Shown: piece after piece, positions 18,666-28,723 of the stretch
How positions within the stretch are numbered: position 1 is the stretch's first letter
Layout of the letters: each line of letters starts with the position of its first letter
DNA from: Paenibacillaceae bacterium
GTDB lineage: Bacteria; Bacillota; Bacilli; Paenibacillales; UBA4045
Direction of reading: 5' to 3'
Assembly (NCBI GenBank): GCA_040904605.1
Contig: JBBDTA010000079.1
Location: 1 to 35,065 of the forward strand
DNA length: 35,065 nucleotides
Notes under the pieces: generated by a model
What the model was told of the DNA's origin: nothing
Database searches by the model: none
The model's input: the letters and a program-made list of their open reading frames with translations, nothing else
Position numbers and translations under genes: made by a program

Positions 18666-19553
18666 ATGGAGCAGCTAGAGGATCAATTTCTAGACTATTT
18701 ATTAGTGGAGAAGAATGCATCTCCGCATACGTTAAGTAATTATATGAAGGATATCGATCAATTTGTAGCTTTCCTTAAGCGTGAGCATATCGATTCCTTC
18801 CAAGAAGTTACATACTTGATGGTCAGATCCTATCTCGCAGAGCTGCAGAAGAACGAGTATGCCAAACGCAGCGTGACTAGGAAGCTGTCTGCACTTCGCA
18901 GCTTATATGCTTATATGCTTAGAGAAGAGCACATTCAAGCAAGTCCATTCCATTCGATCCGCACACCCAAGCTAGATAAGAAGTTACCTAAGTTTATGTA
19001 CTTAGAAGAGATGGAAGAACTGCTTCGATTACCGGATGTAACGTCGGCACTAGGTCAAAGGGATCTTGCTATTCTAGAGTCCTTATATGCAAGCGGAATG
19101 CGAGTTAGTGAGCTAGTAGGGCTGAATCTGTCATCGTTAGAAATTGAATTAGGTGTGGCACTTGTATTCGGTAAAGGGGCCAAGGAACGGTATGTTCCGT
19201 TGGGAGATTACGCTATGCATGCCTTGAATCGTTATATTCAAGATGGTCGTAGTCAAGTTTGTAGTGACTCAACTGTACAGGCGGTATTCCTTAATGCGAG
19301 AGGTGGTCGACTAACGGATCGGAGTATACGACGAATTATAGATAAATATGTCGCAAAGCTTTCCAGATCTATGAGCATCAGTCCGCATACACTCAGGCAT
19401 TCTTTTGCTACACATATGCTAGAAGCTGGTGCTGACTTAAGAACGGTGCAAGAATTACTTGGTCATGTCAACCTCTCGACAACTCAAATATATACACATA
19501 TTACGAAGGATCATCTTCAAACTATATATAACCGGGCTCACCCACGAGCTTAG
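18666..19553 (+). CDS. xerC: Tyrosine recombinase XerC (CodV)
   Basis: [29 protein letters not shown] and TQIY catalytic set; canonical position before hslV. Confidence 0.93.
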   Translation: MEQLEDQFLDYLLVEKNASPHTLSNYMKDIDQFVAFLKREHIDSFQEVTYLMVRSYLAELQKNEYAKRSVTRKLSALRSLYAYMLREEHIQASPFHSIRTPKLDKKLPKFMYLEEMEELLRLPDVTSALGQRDLAILESLYASGMRVSELVGLNLSSLEIELGVALVFGKGAKERYVPLGDYAMHALNRYIQDGRSQVCSDSTVQAVFLNARGGRLTDRSIRRIIDKYVAKLSRSMSISPHTLRHSFATHMLEAGADLRTVQELLGHVNLSTTQIYTHITKDHLQTIYNRAHPRA

Positions 19554-19599
19554 TTTTCGTTTGCTAACGAACAATAATAAATTTTGGGGAGGTTATACA

Positions 19600-20142
19600 A
19601 TGAACATGACTTTTCATGCTACGACCATATGTGGTATTCGTTATAACGGTAAGGGTGCGATTGCTGGCGATGGTCAAGTCACCTTCGGCAACAGTATGGT
19701 TATGAAGCATCACGCCAAGAAGGTAAGGAGATTATATAAAGGACAGGTTATCGCTGGATTCGCTGGATCGGTGGCCGATGCTATTACCTTATTCGAGAAA
19801 TTCGAGAACAAGCTTGAAGAGCATAGTGGCAATTTACAGCGAGCTGCAGTCGAATTAGCTAAGGATTGGCGTCAAGACCGTGTCTTGCGTCGATTGGAGG
19901 CTATGATGATCGTTATGGACAGCTCTGCGCTTTTATTGTTATCTGGTAATGGAGAAATCATTGAGCCTGATGATGGAATTCTTGCCATAGGCTCAGGAGG
20001 TAGCTTTGCACTATCGGCTGCCAGAGCGCTTCAACGTCACGCGACTCACATGGATGCTAGTGAAATGGCACGTACTGCACTCCATATCGCTTCAGAAATT
20101 TGTGTATTTACGAATGATAATATTATTGTCGAAGAAATCTAA
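19600..20142 (+). CDS. hslV: ATP-dependent protease subunit HslV (ClpQ/CodW)
   Basis: [22 protein letters not shown] and AIGSGG. ATG 19600 (or 19606) follows GGGGAGG. Confidence 0.97.
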   Translation: MNMTFHATTICGIRYNGKGAIAGDGQVTFGNSMVMKHHAKKVRRLYKGQVIAGFAGSVADAITLFEKFENKLEEHSGNLQRAAVELAKDWRQDRVLRRLEAMMIVMDSSALLLLSGNGEIIEPDDGILAIGSGGSFALSAARALQRHATHMDASEMARTALHIASEICVFTNDNIIVEEI

Positions 20143-20161
20143 AATTAGGAGGTCTATTGAC

Positions 20162-21559
20162 ATGGACCGGGAAGCGATGACTCCAAGACAGATTGTTGAG
20201 GAACTGGATTTATATATTGTTGGTCAGAAAAAAGCGAAAAAATCCGTGGCGGTTGCACTAAGAAATCGCTATCGTCGAAGCAAGTTAGCCGAATCGATAA
20301 GGGATGAAATTGTTCCAAAGAATATTCTCATGATCGGACCAACGGGTGTAGGGAAGACGGAAATCGCCCGCAGGCTTGCTAAGCTGGTTAATGCCCCTTT
20401 CATCAAGATTGAAGCGACTAAATTTACGGAGATTGGTTATGTTGGGCGAGATGTAGAATCCATGGTTCGGGATTTAGTCGAAACTTCCATCCGAATGGTC
20501 AAAGCTGAGAAAACAGAAATGGTTAAAGAGCGTGCAGAGGTGATGGCTGAGGATCGAATAGTTGCGATTCTTGTACCTTCAACTCGTAAGCAGAAGCAGC
20601 AGAAAAATCCATTAGAGATGATCTTTGGCTCCCAATCACAAGAAGATGATGAGGGACAGGATGTGAATATTGAGTTAAACGAGGAGCGGCAAGTTGCTCG
20701 AGACAAGCTAGTCAAGGGAGAATTAGAAAGCCACATCATTGAAATTGAGGTAGAGGATAACAGTAATTCTATGTTAGATATGTTCTCCGGACAAGGAAAT
20801 GAACAGATTGGCTTAAATATGCAGGAGCTCTTCGGAAACTTCTTACCACGCAGAACGAAGAAGAGAAAGCTCCCCATCTCGGAAGCACGTAAAGCTTTAT
20901 TCCATGAAGAAGCGCAAAAGCTGATCGATATGGACGATCTCATACAGGAATCCGTGCGCAGAGCGGAGCAGGACGGCATTATATTCATTGATGAAATTGA
21001 TAAGATCGCAAGCTCTTCCCGTGGCTCATCTGGGCCTGATGTGTCCCGCGAGGGAGTACAGAGGGATATATTGCCGATTGTTGAAGGCTCAACAATTATG
21101 ACTAAATATGGACCTGTACAAACGGATTATGTGCTTTTTATCGCAGCAGGAGCATTTCATATATCGAAACCATCAGATTTAATACCAGAGCTACAGGGAA
21201 GGTTTCCAATCCGTGTTGAATTAACTAATCTGTCCTCGGACGACTTTATATCCATACTTACAGAGCCTCAGAACTCACTAACGAAGCAGTATACCGCTTT
21301 ACTTGCAACAGAGGGAATAGAAATTACATTTACCACAGAAGCGATTCGTGAAATTGCACGGCTCGCAGCTGAAGTCAACCAGAATACAGAGAATATTGGG
21401 GCCAGAAGGCTGCATACGATGCTAGAGAAATTATTAGAGGACCTGAGCTTTGAAGCGCCAGATCTTCAGTTGGATTCATTCGTTGTGACACCCGAGTATG
21501 TGATAGAGAAATTGAGTGAGATAGCCAAGAACCGCGATCTAAGCCAATATATTCTATAA
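20162..21559 (+). CDS. hslU: ATP-dependent protease ATPase subunit HslU (ClpY/CodX)
   Basis: GPTGVGKTE, the GYVG pore loop, [15 protein letters not shown] and C-terminal DLSQYIL. ATG 20162 follows AGGAGG. Confidence 0.98.
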   Translation: MDREAMTPRQIVEELDLYIVGQKKAKKSVAVALRNRYRRSKLAESIRDEIVPKNILMIGPTGVGKTEIARRLAKLVNAPFIKIEATKFTEIGYVGRDVESMVRDLVETSIRMVKAEKTEMVKERAEVMAEDRIVAILVPSTRKQKQQKNPLEMIFGSQSQEDDEGQDVNIELNEERQVARDKLVKGELESHIIEIEVEDNSNSMLDMFSGQGNEQIGLNMQELFGNFLPRRTKKRKLPISEARKALFHEEAQKLIDMDDLIQESVRRAEQDGIIFIDEIDKIASSSRGSSGPDVSREGVQRDILPIVEGSTIMTKYGPVQTDYVLFIAAGAFHISKPSDLIPELQGRFPIRVELTNLSSDDFISILTEPQNSLTKQYTALLATEGIEITFTTEAIREIARLAAEVNQNTENIGARRLHTMLEKLLEDLSFEAPDLQLDSFVVTPEYVIEKLSEIAKNRDLSQYIL

Positions 21560-21592
21560 ATCAGGTGGATTCTAACTGGAGGGACATGAGAG

Positions 21593-22384
21593 ATGAAATT
21601 AATCGATAAATCACGTGCACTAAATCGCCTATTACAGAGAACAGCTGGGCATGCAGTAAGTTTTATGGAAATGGCTGAAGTTTTAGGCGGCACCATTTAT
21701 TCGAATAGCTTTGTTATTAGTCGAAGAGGAAAGTTGCTGGGTTACGGTCTTCTGGATCAATCGGAAACTGGAGTAGATCATTCAGCTATACTATCTGAGA
21801 AGCGTATTCCGATAGATTATAATAGCTTATTATTCTCGGTCATGGAAACCGTCACTAATTCGGATCAGAATCCAAATCAATTGCAAATTGTTGGGCAAAT
21901 TAATAAGATGTTCGGTCTAGAGCAATTAGCCATTGTTCCGATTATTGGAGGAGAAGAACGGATAGGAACCTTGTTATTATCTAGAAATGGTCTATCGTTC
22001 TCCGAGGATGATATTATTCTTGGAGAATATGGTGCAACAATTGTTGGAATGGAAATTCTGCGTGGTCACGTTGATGAGAATGAGATCGAAGCACGTAGTA
22101 AAGCTGCTGTGCAGATCGCTATGAATTCGTTATCGTTTAGCGAGCTTGAAGCTGTTGAGCATATATTAGAGGAGCTTAAAGAACGGGAAGGTCTCTTGGT
22201 TGCTAGTAAAATAGCAGATCGAGCTGGAATCACTCGGTCTGTCATCGTCAATGCCCTCCGTAAGCTAGAAAGTGCAGGGGTAATTGAAACACGTTCACTA
22301 GGTATGAAAGGGACATATATTAAGATTTTAAATGAACGACTCATGGATGATTTTCTTAAGAATGATGATAATTCAAAGATATAG
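21593..22384 (+). CDS. codY: Transcriptional regulator CodY
   Basis: Conserved HTH ASKIADRAGITRSVIVNALRKLESAGVIETRSLGMKGT; the N-terminal GAF domain is divergent. Confidence 0.95.
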   Translation: MKLIDKSRALNRLLQRTAGHAVSFMEMAEVLGGTIYSNSFVISRRGKLLGYGLLDQSETGVDHSAILSEKRIPIDYNSLLFSVMETVTNSDQNPNQLQIVGQINKMFGLEQLAIVPIIGGEERIGTLLLSRNGLSFSEDDIILGEYGATIVGMEILRGHVDENEIEARSKAAVQIAMNSLSFSELEAVEHILEELKEREGLLVASKIADRAGITRSVIVNALRKLESAGVIETRSLGMKGTYIKILNERLMDDFLKNDDNSKI

Positions 22385-22391
22385 TCTCTAG

Positions 22392-22398
22392 TTCGACA
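22392..22398 (-). promoter_or_regulatory. Putative Spo0A box upstream of the fla/che operon
   Basis: TTCGACA is the reverse complement of TGTCGAA. A second TGTCGAA lies at 22524-22530. A 7-mer alone is weak evidence. Confidence 0.4.
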
Positions 22399-22435
22399 AT
22401 TAAATTGGAAAAATGAATAATTATGTCCTGCAAAA

Positions 22436-22465
22436 GGAGGATATTACCTGCTATTTGTTGAATAA
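22436..22465 (+). promoter_or_regulatory. Putative SigH-type promoter for flgB and the fla/che operon
   Basis: GGAGGATAT, 12-nt spacer, GTTGAATAA fits RNAGGAWWW-N11/12-RNNGAATWW. Confidence 0.5.
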
Positions 22466-22519
22466 TTATGTTGAATAATAGATTAAAAAGCTGCCTTTAG
22501 AAAGAAGGTGTCGTTTTTC

Positions 22520-22933
22520 ATGCTGTCGAACAACCAATCTATGGACCGGATTAGTCGTGCATTGGATGCGAGTATCTTAAGACAAAATGTTATTACGAAT
22601 AATATTGCTAATATTGATACACCGCAATTCAAGAGATCCGAGGTTCGGTTCGAACAATATTTACATCAAGAGCTGCAATCGTATAAATCATCCTTTGTCG
22701 GAAGAAGGACTGATCCTAGGCACTTTTTCATAGGAAGTTCATCAGGAGAACAACCCATAAGCGCGCAAATTACAGTAGATCAGACTACATCTATGAATAA
22801 TAACAGTAATAATGTTGATATCGATCACGAGATGTCGCTCATGGCCAAGAATCAATTGTATTATAATACGTTAATTCAACAGATGAATCATGAATTCAAG
22901 ATGACCAGAACTGCAATAGACGGAAGAGGGTGA
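22520..22933 (+). CDS. flgB: Flagellar basal-body rod protein FlgB
   Basis: ALDASILRQNVITNNIANIDTPQFK and NNVDIDHEM. Start is 22520 or 22508. Confidence 0.96.
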   Translation: MLSNNQSMDRISRALDASILRQNVITNNIANIDTPQFKRSEVRFEQYLHQELQSYKSSFVGRRTDPRHFFIGSSSGEQPISAQITVDQTTSMNNNSNNVDIDHEMSLMAKNQLYYNTLIQQMNHEFKMTRTAIDGRG

Positions 22934-22939
22934 TGATGG

Positions 22940-23389
22940 ATGAGACTAACAAACAGTATTGACATTAGCTCCTCAGCATTAACAGCTCAGCGCTTACGAA
23001 TGGATGTTATTGCCTCTAATATTGCGAATGCAGATGTCACAAGAGGTCAGCTTGTAAACGGCAAATGGGTTCCCTATCAGCGTAAGCTGGTAGTCATGGA
23101 GCCTAAGAGCATGTCTAGCTTCCAGCAAAAATTGAACAATGTTATGAATGATAATACTGGCGAAGGTGTTAAGATTTCAAAAATAACGGGAGATCGAACA
23201 CCTTTTAAACAAGTTTATAATCCAACACATCCTGATGCAGATGAGAACGGCTATGTGCTGCTACCGAATGTGGATATAGCGAAGGAAATGGTCGATATGA
23301 TATCAGCTACTCGTTCATACGAGGCTAATATCACTGCTTTGAATGCTTCTAAAGCTATGTTCATGAAAGCATTGGAAATTGGTAGATAA
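22940..23389 (+). CDS. flgC: Flagellar basal-body rod protein FlgC
   Basis: SALTAQRLRMDVIASNIANA, YNPTHPDAD and EMVDMISATRSYEAN. Confidence 0.97.
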   Translation: MRLTNSIDISSSALTAQRLRMDVIASNIANADVTRGQLVNGKWVPYQRKLVVMEPKSMSSFQQKLNNVMNDNTGEGVKISKITGDRTPFKQVYNPTHPDADENGYVLLPNVDIAKEMVDMISATRSYEANITALNASKAMFMKALEIGR

Positions 23390-23413
23390 ATCTTGAGATA
23401 GGTGGGGTTAACA

Positions 23414-23710
23414 TTGATCGATAAAGTTATTGGTAATTCTAGCGTGAAACCTATAGCTACAACTCCTAAAGCTGGCAGAGTAGATATTGGCGAACAATTT
23501 AACTCAATATTAAATGATGCATTAGCCAAAATTGGCGGACATCAACAGGAAGTTGATCAACTGAACAACATGTTTGCAGCTGGTGAGCTTCCAGACGTCC
23601 ATAAACTGCTCATTGCAGCAGAAAAATCTTCGCTCAATTTACAACTAACAGTACAAGTTCGCAATAAAGTGATAGAAGCCTATCAAGAAATCATGAGAAC
23701 TCAAATCTAG
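23414..23710 (+). CDS. fliE: Flagellar hook-basal body protein FliE
   Basis: C-terminal LQLTVQVRNKVIEAYQEIMRTQI; probable TTG start at 23414. Confidence 0.95.
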   Translation: MIDKVIGNSSVKPIATTPKAGRVDIGEQFNSILNDALAKIGGHQQEVDQLNNMFAAGELPDVHKLLIAAEKSSLNLQLTVQVRNKVIEAYQEIMRTQI

Positions 23711-23799
23711 ACATCGCAGCAGATCCGAGTCTAATTCGCCATACATATTAATATTACAGAGACTCAGTGAATATTCTTCTTTTTGAGTGAGGTGACAAT

Positions 23800-25380
23800 G
23801 TGAACGAGAGATTAGCCGGGTACAGAGAGACGATTGTTCAGTACTGGAAGCAAACGAATAGAATCCAAAGAATAGTGTTCATTTCGTCCGTTGTTGCATT
23901 AATACTAGTGCTCATTTTGACCACTTACAGTCTCTCTAGAACGGAATATTCGAATGCATTTACTGATTTGGATTCGAGTGATGCTGCAGCCATCTCTACA
24001 TACCTAACTGAACAAGGCATACCCTATGAATTTAGTGCGGATGGTAGAAGTATAGGTGTACCGACTACCCAAGCTACTCAAGTGAAGATCGATGTTGAAT
24101 CTCAAGGACTCATGAAAAATGGGTCACTTGGTTATGGTATTTTCAAAGAAAATTTGTCTAGCTTTGGTATGACTGATAACGAATTTGGGATCCTGAAGGT
24201 AGATGCAATTGCTGGAGAAATCCAACAATTAATTAACGGAATGGATGGTGTGAATAAATCTAAGGTTGTCATTCACGTTCCTGAAGACAGTGTGTTTATC
24301 ACAGAGGATACCGAAAGCTCCTCTGCTTCTGTTCTTATTACGTTCAAGACTGGTTTTCGTCCAGAGCAGGAAATGATCGATACTTTCTATAACTTTGTTA
24401 CACATTCTCTACCAAATATAGATATCGAGAAAATTACGATATCCGACCAGAAGGGAGAGCTTCTTCCATCAGCTAAGTTAGGTGGGGGCTTGGGCAATTC
24501 TTCTGCAATTGTGGCTCAGCAATTCATGATCAGAAAACAATTTGAGAACGATGTGCAACGGAATGTGCAAAGTCTATTAAGAAGTATATTTCAAGCGGAT
24601 AAAGTTGTCGTTAGTGTAATGTCTAGCTTGAATTTTGATAAGAAGAATAGCGTAGAACAGCTGGTTACTGCGCCGAATGTAGAAGACCAAAAAGGAATAG
24701 AGATTAGTATTGAGAAAATTCAAGAATCTTATTCCAGTGAGGGGGGGAGCTCGGGCGGTGTACCTGGCACAGGAGAAGGAGATGTTCCTGGATATCCAAG
24801 TGGAGATTCATCTGGTACGGAGGAATCAGAGAAGCTTTCTGAGAAAATTAATTATGATGTAAATCGAATAAGCAATGAAATAGTGAGTTCACCTTATCAG
24901 ATTAAAGATTTAACGATTAACGTAGCTGTTGAGCCCCCTGATAAGAATAATCTAGAATCATTAACTCAGGAAACTAAGGATGCGATCCAACAGATTCTTA
25001 AGAATATTGTTTCTGCTTCCTTAGCGGATTCAGGCAAGGTTTATACGGAAGAAGAGCTTGCGAAGAAGGTTTATGTTTGGGGTCACTCTTTTGATGGAGT
25101 TACAACAGTTGAACAAGGCTCTATTCTAACGAGTGGATTGTTCTATGGCCTAGGAGCTATAGCATTAGCCGTTGTGATCGTCGGAACACTCTTAGTATTC
25201 CGTAGAAGAAAGCCAGAAGTCGAAGTGGAAGAATTAGTTGAACCGCTTAGAATGCAAGAGTTTCCAACTATGGATACAGTGAATAACGAGAATCAGGTGA
25301 AGCGACAATTGGAATCACTGGCGAAGAAAAAACCAGACGAATTTGTCAACTTATTACGCACATGGCTAGCTGACGAATAG
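23800..25380 (+). CDS. fliF: Flagellar MS-ring protein FliF
   Basis: Two TM segments, FGMTDNEF ring-building region and C-terminal KPDEFVNLLRTWL. Confidence 0.96.
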   Translation: MNERLAGYRETIVQYWKQTNRIQRIVFISSVVALILVLILTTYSLSRTEYSNAFTDLDSSDAAAISTYLTEQGIPYEFSADGRSIGVPTTQATQVKIDVESQGLMKNGSLGYGIFKENLSSFGMTDNEFGILKVDAIAGEIQQLINGMDGVNKSKVVIHVPEDSVFITEDTESSSASVLITFKTGFRPEQEMIDTFYNFVTHSLPNIDIEKITISDQKGELLPSAKLGGGLGNSSAIVAQQFMIRKQFENDVQRNVQSLLRSIFQADKVVVSVMSSLNFDKKNSVEQLVTAPNVEDQKGIEISIEKIQESYSSEGGSSGGVPGTGEGDVPGYPSGDSSGTEESEKLSEKINYDVNRISNEIVSSPYQIKDLTINVAVEPPDKNNLESLTQETKDAIQQILKNIVSASLADSGKVYTEEELAKKVYVWGHSFDGVTTVEQGSILTSGLFYGLGAIALAVVIVGTLLVFRRRKPEVEVEELVEPLRMQEFPTMDTVNNENQVKRQLESLAKKKPDEFVNLLRTWLADE

Positions 25381-25389
25381 AGATTAGTT

Positions 25390-25507
25390 AGTATTTTTCA
25401 GGATAGGCATCTCCACATTGTGTGGTCTGGAAAAAAGCAAAGCATATGCTTTCGAAGCGAGTTTTGCTACGCAAAACTTTAGGTTTGTCACACAGTATTT
25501 TTCAGGA
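25390..25507 (+). repeat. Palindromic insert flanked by 14-bp direct repeats between fliF and fliG
   Basis: AGTATTTTTCAGGA at 25390-25403 and 25494-25507. Internal hairpins are CCACA-TTG-TGTGG, AGCATATGCT, GCTT-TCG-AAGC and AGTTTTGC-TAC-GCAAAACT. Confidence 0.8.
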
Positions 25508-25521
25508 GGGATAGGGATTGT

Positions 25522-26538
25522 ATGGCTAGAGGTCATCAACAGCTATTGTCCGGACGCCAAAAGGCGGCAATCCTTCTAGTAGCACTTGGACCAGAAGTTT
25601 CCGCACAAATTTTCAAACATCTTAGAGATGAAGAAATTGAACAATTAACATTGGAAATTGCCAACGTTCGCAGAATTGATAGTGTAGCGAAGGACGAAAT
25701 TTTAGCAGAATTCCATGAGATTTGTATGGCTCAAGAGTATATCTCTCAGGGTGGTATTACCTATGCCAAGGATATTCTCGAACGAGCGTTGGGTTCGCAG
25801 AAAGCAATAGATATTCTTAATAAACTAACAGCGACACTTCAGGTTAGACCTTTCGACTTCGCTCGTAAAGCTGACCCGGCACAGATTCTGAACTTTATCC
25901 AGAATGAGAACTCACAGACCATTGCGTTGGTACTATCTTATCTGCAATCCGATCAAGCTGCTGTGATTCTATCCTCACTTCCTCAGGATAAGCAAGCAGA
26001 CGTGGCTAAACGTATTGCGCTGATGGATAGCACCTCCCCAGAGGTCATCAATCAGGTTGAACGTATTCTGGAGCAGAAGCTTTCTTCTACATCTACTCAG
26101 GATTATACGAATGCAGGCGGAATCGAAGCTATCGTTCAGATTCTTAATGGTGTCGATCGAGGTACGGAGAGAACCATTCTGGACTCTTTGGAAATCCAAG
26201 ATCCTGAGCTTGCCGAGGAAATCAAAAAGCGCATGTTCGTATTCGAAGACATTGTCAACTTAGATAATCGTTCAATTCAACGGATTATTCGTGATATTGA
26301 GAATGTAGATCTTCAATTGGCCCTGAAGGTGGCCAGTGAAGAGGTTCGCGACTCCATATTCCGCAATATGTCTAAACGGATGTCAGATACGTTCAAAGAA
26401 GAGATGGAATATATGGGGCCTGTTCGTCTGAGAGATGTTGAGGAAGCCCAAACTCGAATTGTTGCAACGATACGTAGATTAGAGGAAGCTGGAGAAATTA
26501 TCATCGCCCGTGGTGGAGGAGATGATATTATTGTCTAA
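25522..26538 (+). CDS. fliG: Flagellar motor switch protein FliG
   Basis: LSGRQKAAILL, PFDFARKAD, GGIEAIVQILN, MFVFED and GPVRLRDVEEAQ. Confidence 0.98.
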   Translation: MARGHQQLLSGRQKAAILLVALGPEVSAQIFKHLRDEEIEQLTLEIANVRRIDSVAKDEILAEFHEICMAQEYISQGGITYAKDILERALGSQKAIDILNKLTATLQVRPFDFARKADPAQILNFIQNENSQTIALVLSYLQSDQAAVILSSLPQDKQADVAKRIALMDSTSPEVINQVERILEQKLSSTSTQDYTNAGGIEAIVQILNGVDRGTERTILDSLEIQDPELAEEIKKRMFVFEDIVNLDNRSIQRIIRDIENVDLQLALKVASEEVRDSIFRNMSKRMSDTFKEEMEYMGPVRLRDVEEAQTRIVATIRRLEEAGEIIIARGGGDDIIV

Positions 26539-27379
26539 TCTCATCAAATCAAACTTTTACCTATCACAGGAAGATATTAAAACTATTAAAGCGAACAAGC
26601 TCGAGAAAGACATTCAGAAGATATCGATAGAATTAGCATCTTTAGAAATGGATCACACATCCCATCATGATTTTACATCTCAGCTAGAAGAAGCCCAAAT
26701 GTTAAAGGATCAAATTCTTCAGGATGCTGAATTGGCCGCTGAACAGGTTATTAATCAAGCCAAACAAGAAGTGCAAAAATTGAAAAATCAAGCTTTAAGT
26801 GAAATAGAAGCATGGTGGGAAGAACGGCGTCAACAGGATCAGGAGATCATAGAGCAATCTCGTCAGAGTGGCTATCAAACCGGGTTTGACGAGGGAACAA
26901 TCGCTGCTGAATTACAAGTGAATGAGAAATATACGGGTATGTTTATCGAAGCTCAGAGTATCTTAGAGCAGTCATATGAGATGTATCGCAAAACAATACT
27001 AGACGCGGAAATTTTCCTGCTCGAGATGAGCTGTGGTATTGCTGAGAAAATTATTTCTAAGAAACTGGATCAGTCTACGGACTGGATTATCGATATGGTG
27101 AAACAGGCTTTACAACGCAGCAGTGAGAAGGGAACGATTGCTATATGCGTTGCCCCGGCCCAATTCGCGTATATTCAGAGCGTTCGTGAGGAATTATCCT
27201 ATACGATTGACCCTCAAGCTGAATTGCATATATATCCAGATGCTTCAATTAAAGACTATGGATGTGTAATCAAAACCAATTTTGGTACGATTGATGCTAG
27301 AGTGGAAACTCAATTAACTGAAATCAAACAGGCGTTGCTGGATATTGCGAGACGGGGAGATGAATCTGTTGAGCAATAA
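26531..27379 (+). CDS. fliH: Flagellar assembly protein FliH
   Basis: SNLIK N-terminus, GYQTGFDEG repeat and GCVIKTNFGTIDAR; TTG start overlapping the fliG end. Confidence 0.93.
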   Translation: MSNLIKSNFYLSQEDIKTIKANKLEKDIQKISIELASLEMDHTSHHDFTSQLEEAQMLKDQILQDAELAAEQVINQAKQEVQKLKNQALSEIEAWWEERRQQDQEIIEQSRQSGYQTGFDEGTIAAELQVNEKYTGMFIEAQSILEQSYEMYRKTILDAEIFLLEMSCGIAEKIISKKLDQSTDWIIDMVKQALQRSSEKGTIAICVAPAQFAYIQSVREELSYTIDPQAELHIYPDASIKDYGCVIKTNFGTIDARVETQLTEIKQALLDIARRGDESVEQ

Positions 27380-28691
27380 ACCTATCTTAGATTCCTCTAA
27401 ATATCTAGATCAAATATCCAGAATAGCCCCCATTCGAATTAATGGAAAAGTAACACAGGTTATTGGATTGACGATTGAATCTGAAGGTCCTGAAGCTGGT
27501 GTGGGTGATGTGTGTCACATTTATACATCAAAAAGCTCAAAGCCAATTATCGCTGAAGTTGTTGGCTTTCGTGATAATCGAGTTATTCTGATGCCATTAG
27601 GTGAATTGCATTCAATCAGCCCAGGCTGTGAAGTTGTTGCAACTGGACGTCCATTATCGGTAAAGGTTGGATTTGAATTGCTGGGCAAGGTGCTGAATGG
27701 ATTAGGTGAACCCTTGGACGAGAGCTTACTGCCATCTAAGATGACAGAATACTCTACGCACAATGTTCCGAGTAACCCGCTTCGAAGACCTAGAGTATTA
27801 GAGCCGATTAGCGTGGGAATACGTTGCATTGATGGTCTACTAACGATTGGTAAGGGACAACGTGTCGGTATTTTTGCTGGATCTGGTGTAGGTAAGAGTA
27901 CTTTGCTCGGGATGGTAGCCCGGAACACATCAGCTGATGTGAATGTGATCGCACTGATTGGAGAGCGGGGCAGAGAGGTACTTGACTTTATTGAACGCGA
28001 TCTTGGACCTGAGGGATTAGCTCGTTCAGTAGTCATCGTAGCGACTTCTGATCAACCTGCATTAATCCGAATTAAGGGGGCACTCATTGCTACAGCGATA
28101 GCTGAGTTTTTCCGTGATAAAGGACTCAATGTTATGATGATGATGGATTCTGTTACTCGTTATGCGATGGCTATGAGAGAGGTAGGTTTGGCTATTGGGG
28201 AACCTCCCGCTACACGTGGATACACACCTTCCGTATTCGCTAATCTACCCAAACTGCTAGAGAGAGCAGGAACCGCAACGAAAGGGTCGATAACAGCCTT
28301 CTACACCGTTCTAGTTGATGGTGATGATATGAATGAGCCCATTGCGGATGCCGTACGAGGTATACTTGATGGACATATCGTGTTAGATCGTGGTCTGGCT
28401 AACAAGGGTCATTATCCTGCTATCGATGTACTGGCAAGTGTAAGTCGTGTTATGAAAGAGATTATTTCGGAAGAACAAGAAGAAGCCGCAGATCAGCTTA
28501 AACGGATGTTAACGATATACAGGGAATCAGAAGACCTTATCAATATTGGCGCTTATCAACGTGGCTCCAATTCCCAAATTGATCAAGCTATCTCCTATAT
28601 TCAGACGATCTGGAATTATACTAAGCAGAGGACAACCGAGAAGGTCGGACTAGCTGAAGCGCAGTCCAAGCTGATCGAGATGTTCGCTTAA
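27369..28691 (+). CDS. fliI: Flagellar export ATPase FliI
   Basis: GQRVGIFAGSGVGKSTL, GERGREV, DSVTRYAMA and GILDGHIVL. Start is 27369 (TTG) or 27360. Confidence 0.97.
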   Translation: MSNKPILDSSKYLDQISRIAPIRINGKVTQVIGLTIESEGPEAGVGDVCHIYTSKSSKPIIAEVVGFRDNRVILMPLGELHSISPGCEVVATGRPLSVKVGFELLGKVLNGLGEPLDESLLPSKMTEYSTHNVPSNPLRRPRVLEPISVGIRCIDGLLTIGKGQRVGIFAGSGVGKSTLLGMVARNTSADVNVIALIGERGREVLDFIERDLGPEGLARSVVIVATSDQPALIRIKGALIATAIAEFFRDKGLNVMMMMDSVTRYAMAMREVGLAIGEPPATRGYTPSVFANLPKLLERAGTATKGSITAFYTVLVDGDDMNEPIADAVRGILDGHIVLDRGLANKGHYPAIDVLASVSRVMKEIISEEQEEAADQLKRMLTIYRESEDLINIGAYQRGSNSQIDQAISYIQTIWNYTKQRTTEKVGLAEAQSKLIEMFA

Positions 28692-28723
28692 CCTTATATC
28701 CTTCGTAAGGAGTTGATCTGATC

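Noticed and set aside
18666-19553. Phage or ICE integrase marking a mobile element
   Set aside because: It sits in the canonical trmFO-xerC-hslV-hslU-codY housekeeping context, with no att repeats or cargo.
19459-20161. Long N-terminal extensions in the ORF track for hslV (19459) and hslU (20006), and likewise rplS, sucC, fliH and the oxidoreductase
   Set aside because: Downstream starts have strong SD sequences and match family N-termini; the extensions overlap upstream genes or leaders.
22449-22476. dif-like site (TTATGTTGAAT resembles the XerD arm TTATGTTAAAT)
   Set aside because: No matching XerC arm 6 bp upstream; the sequence is better explained as part of the flgB promoter repeats.
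23711-23799. Short inverted repeats in the fliE-fliF spacer (GAGTCT/AGACTC, ACTCA/TGAGT)
   Set aside because: Stems of 5-6 bp with long loops are within chance expectation.
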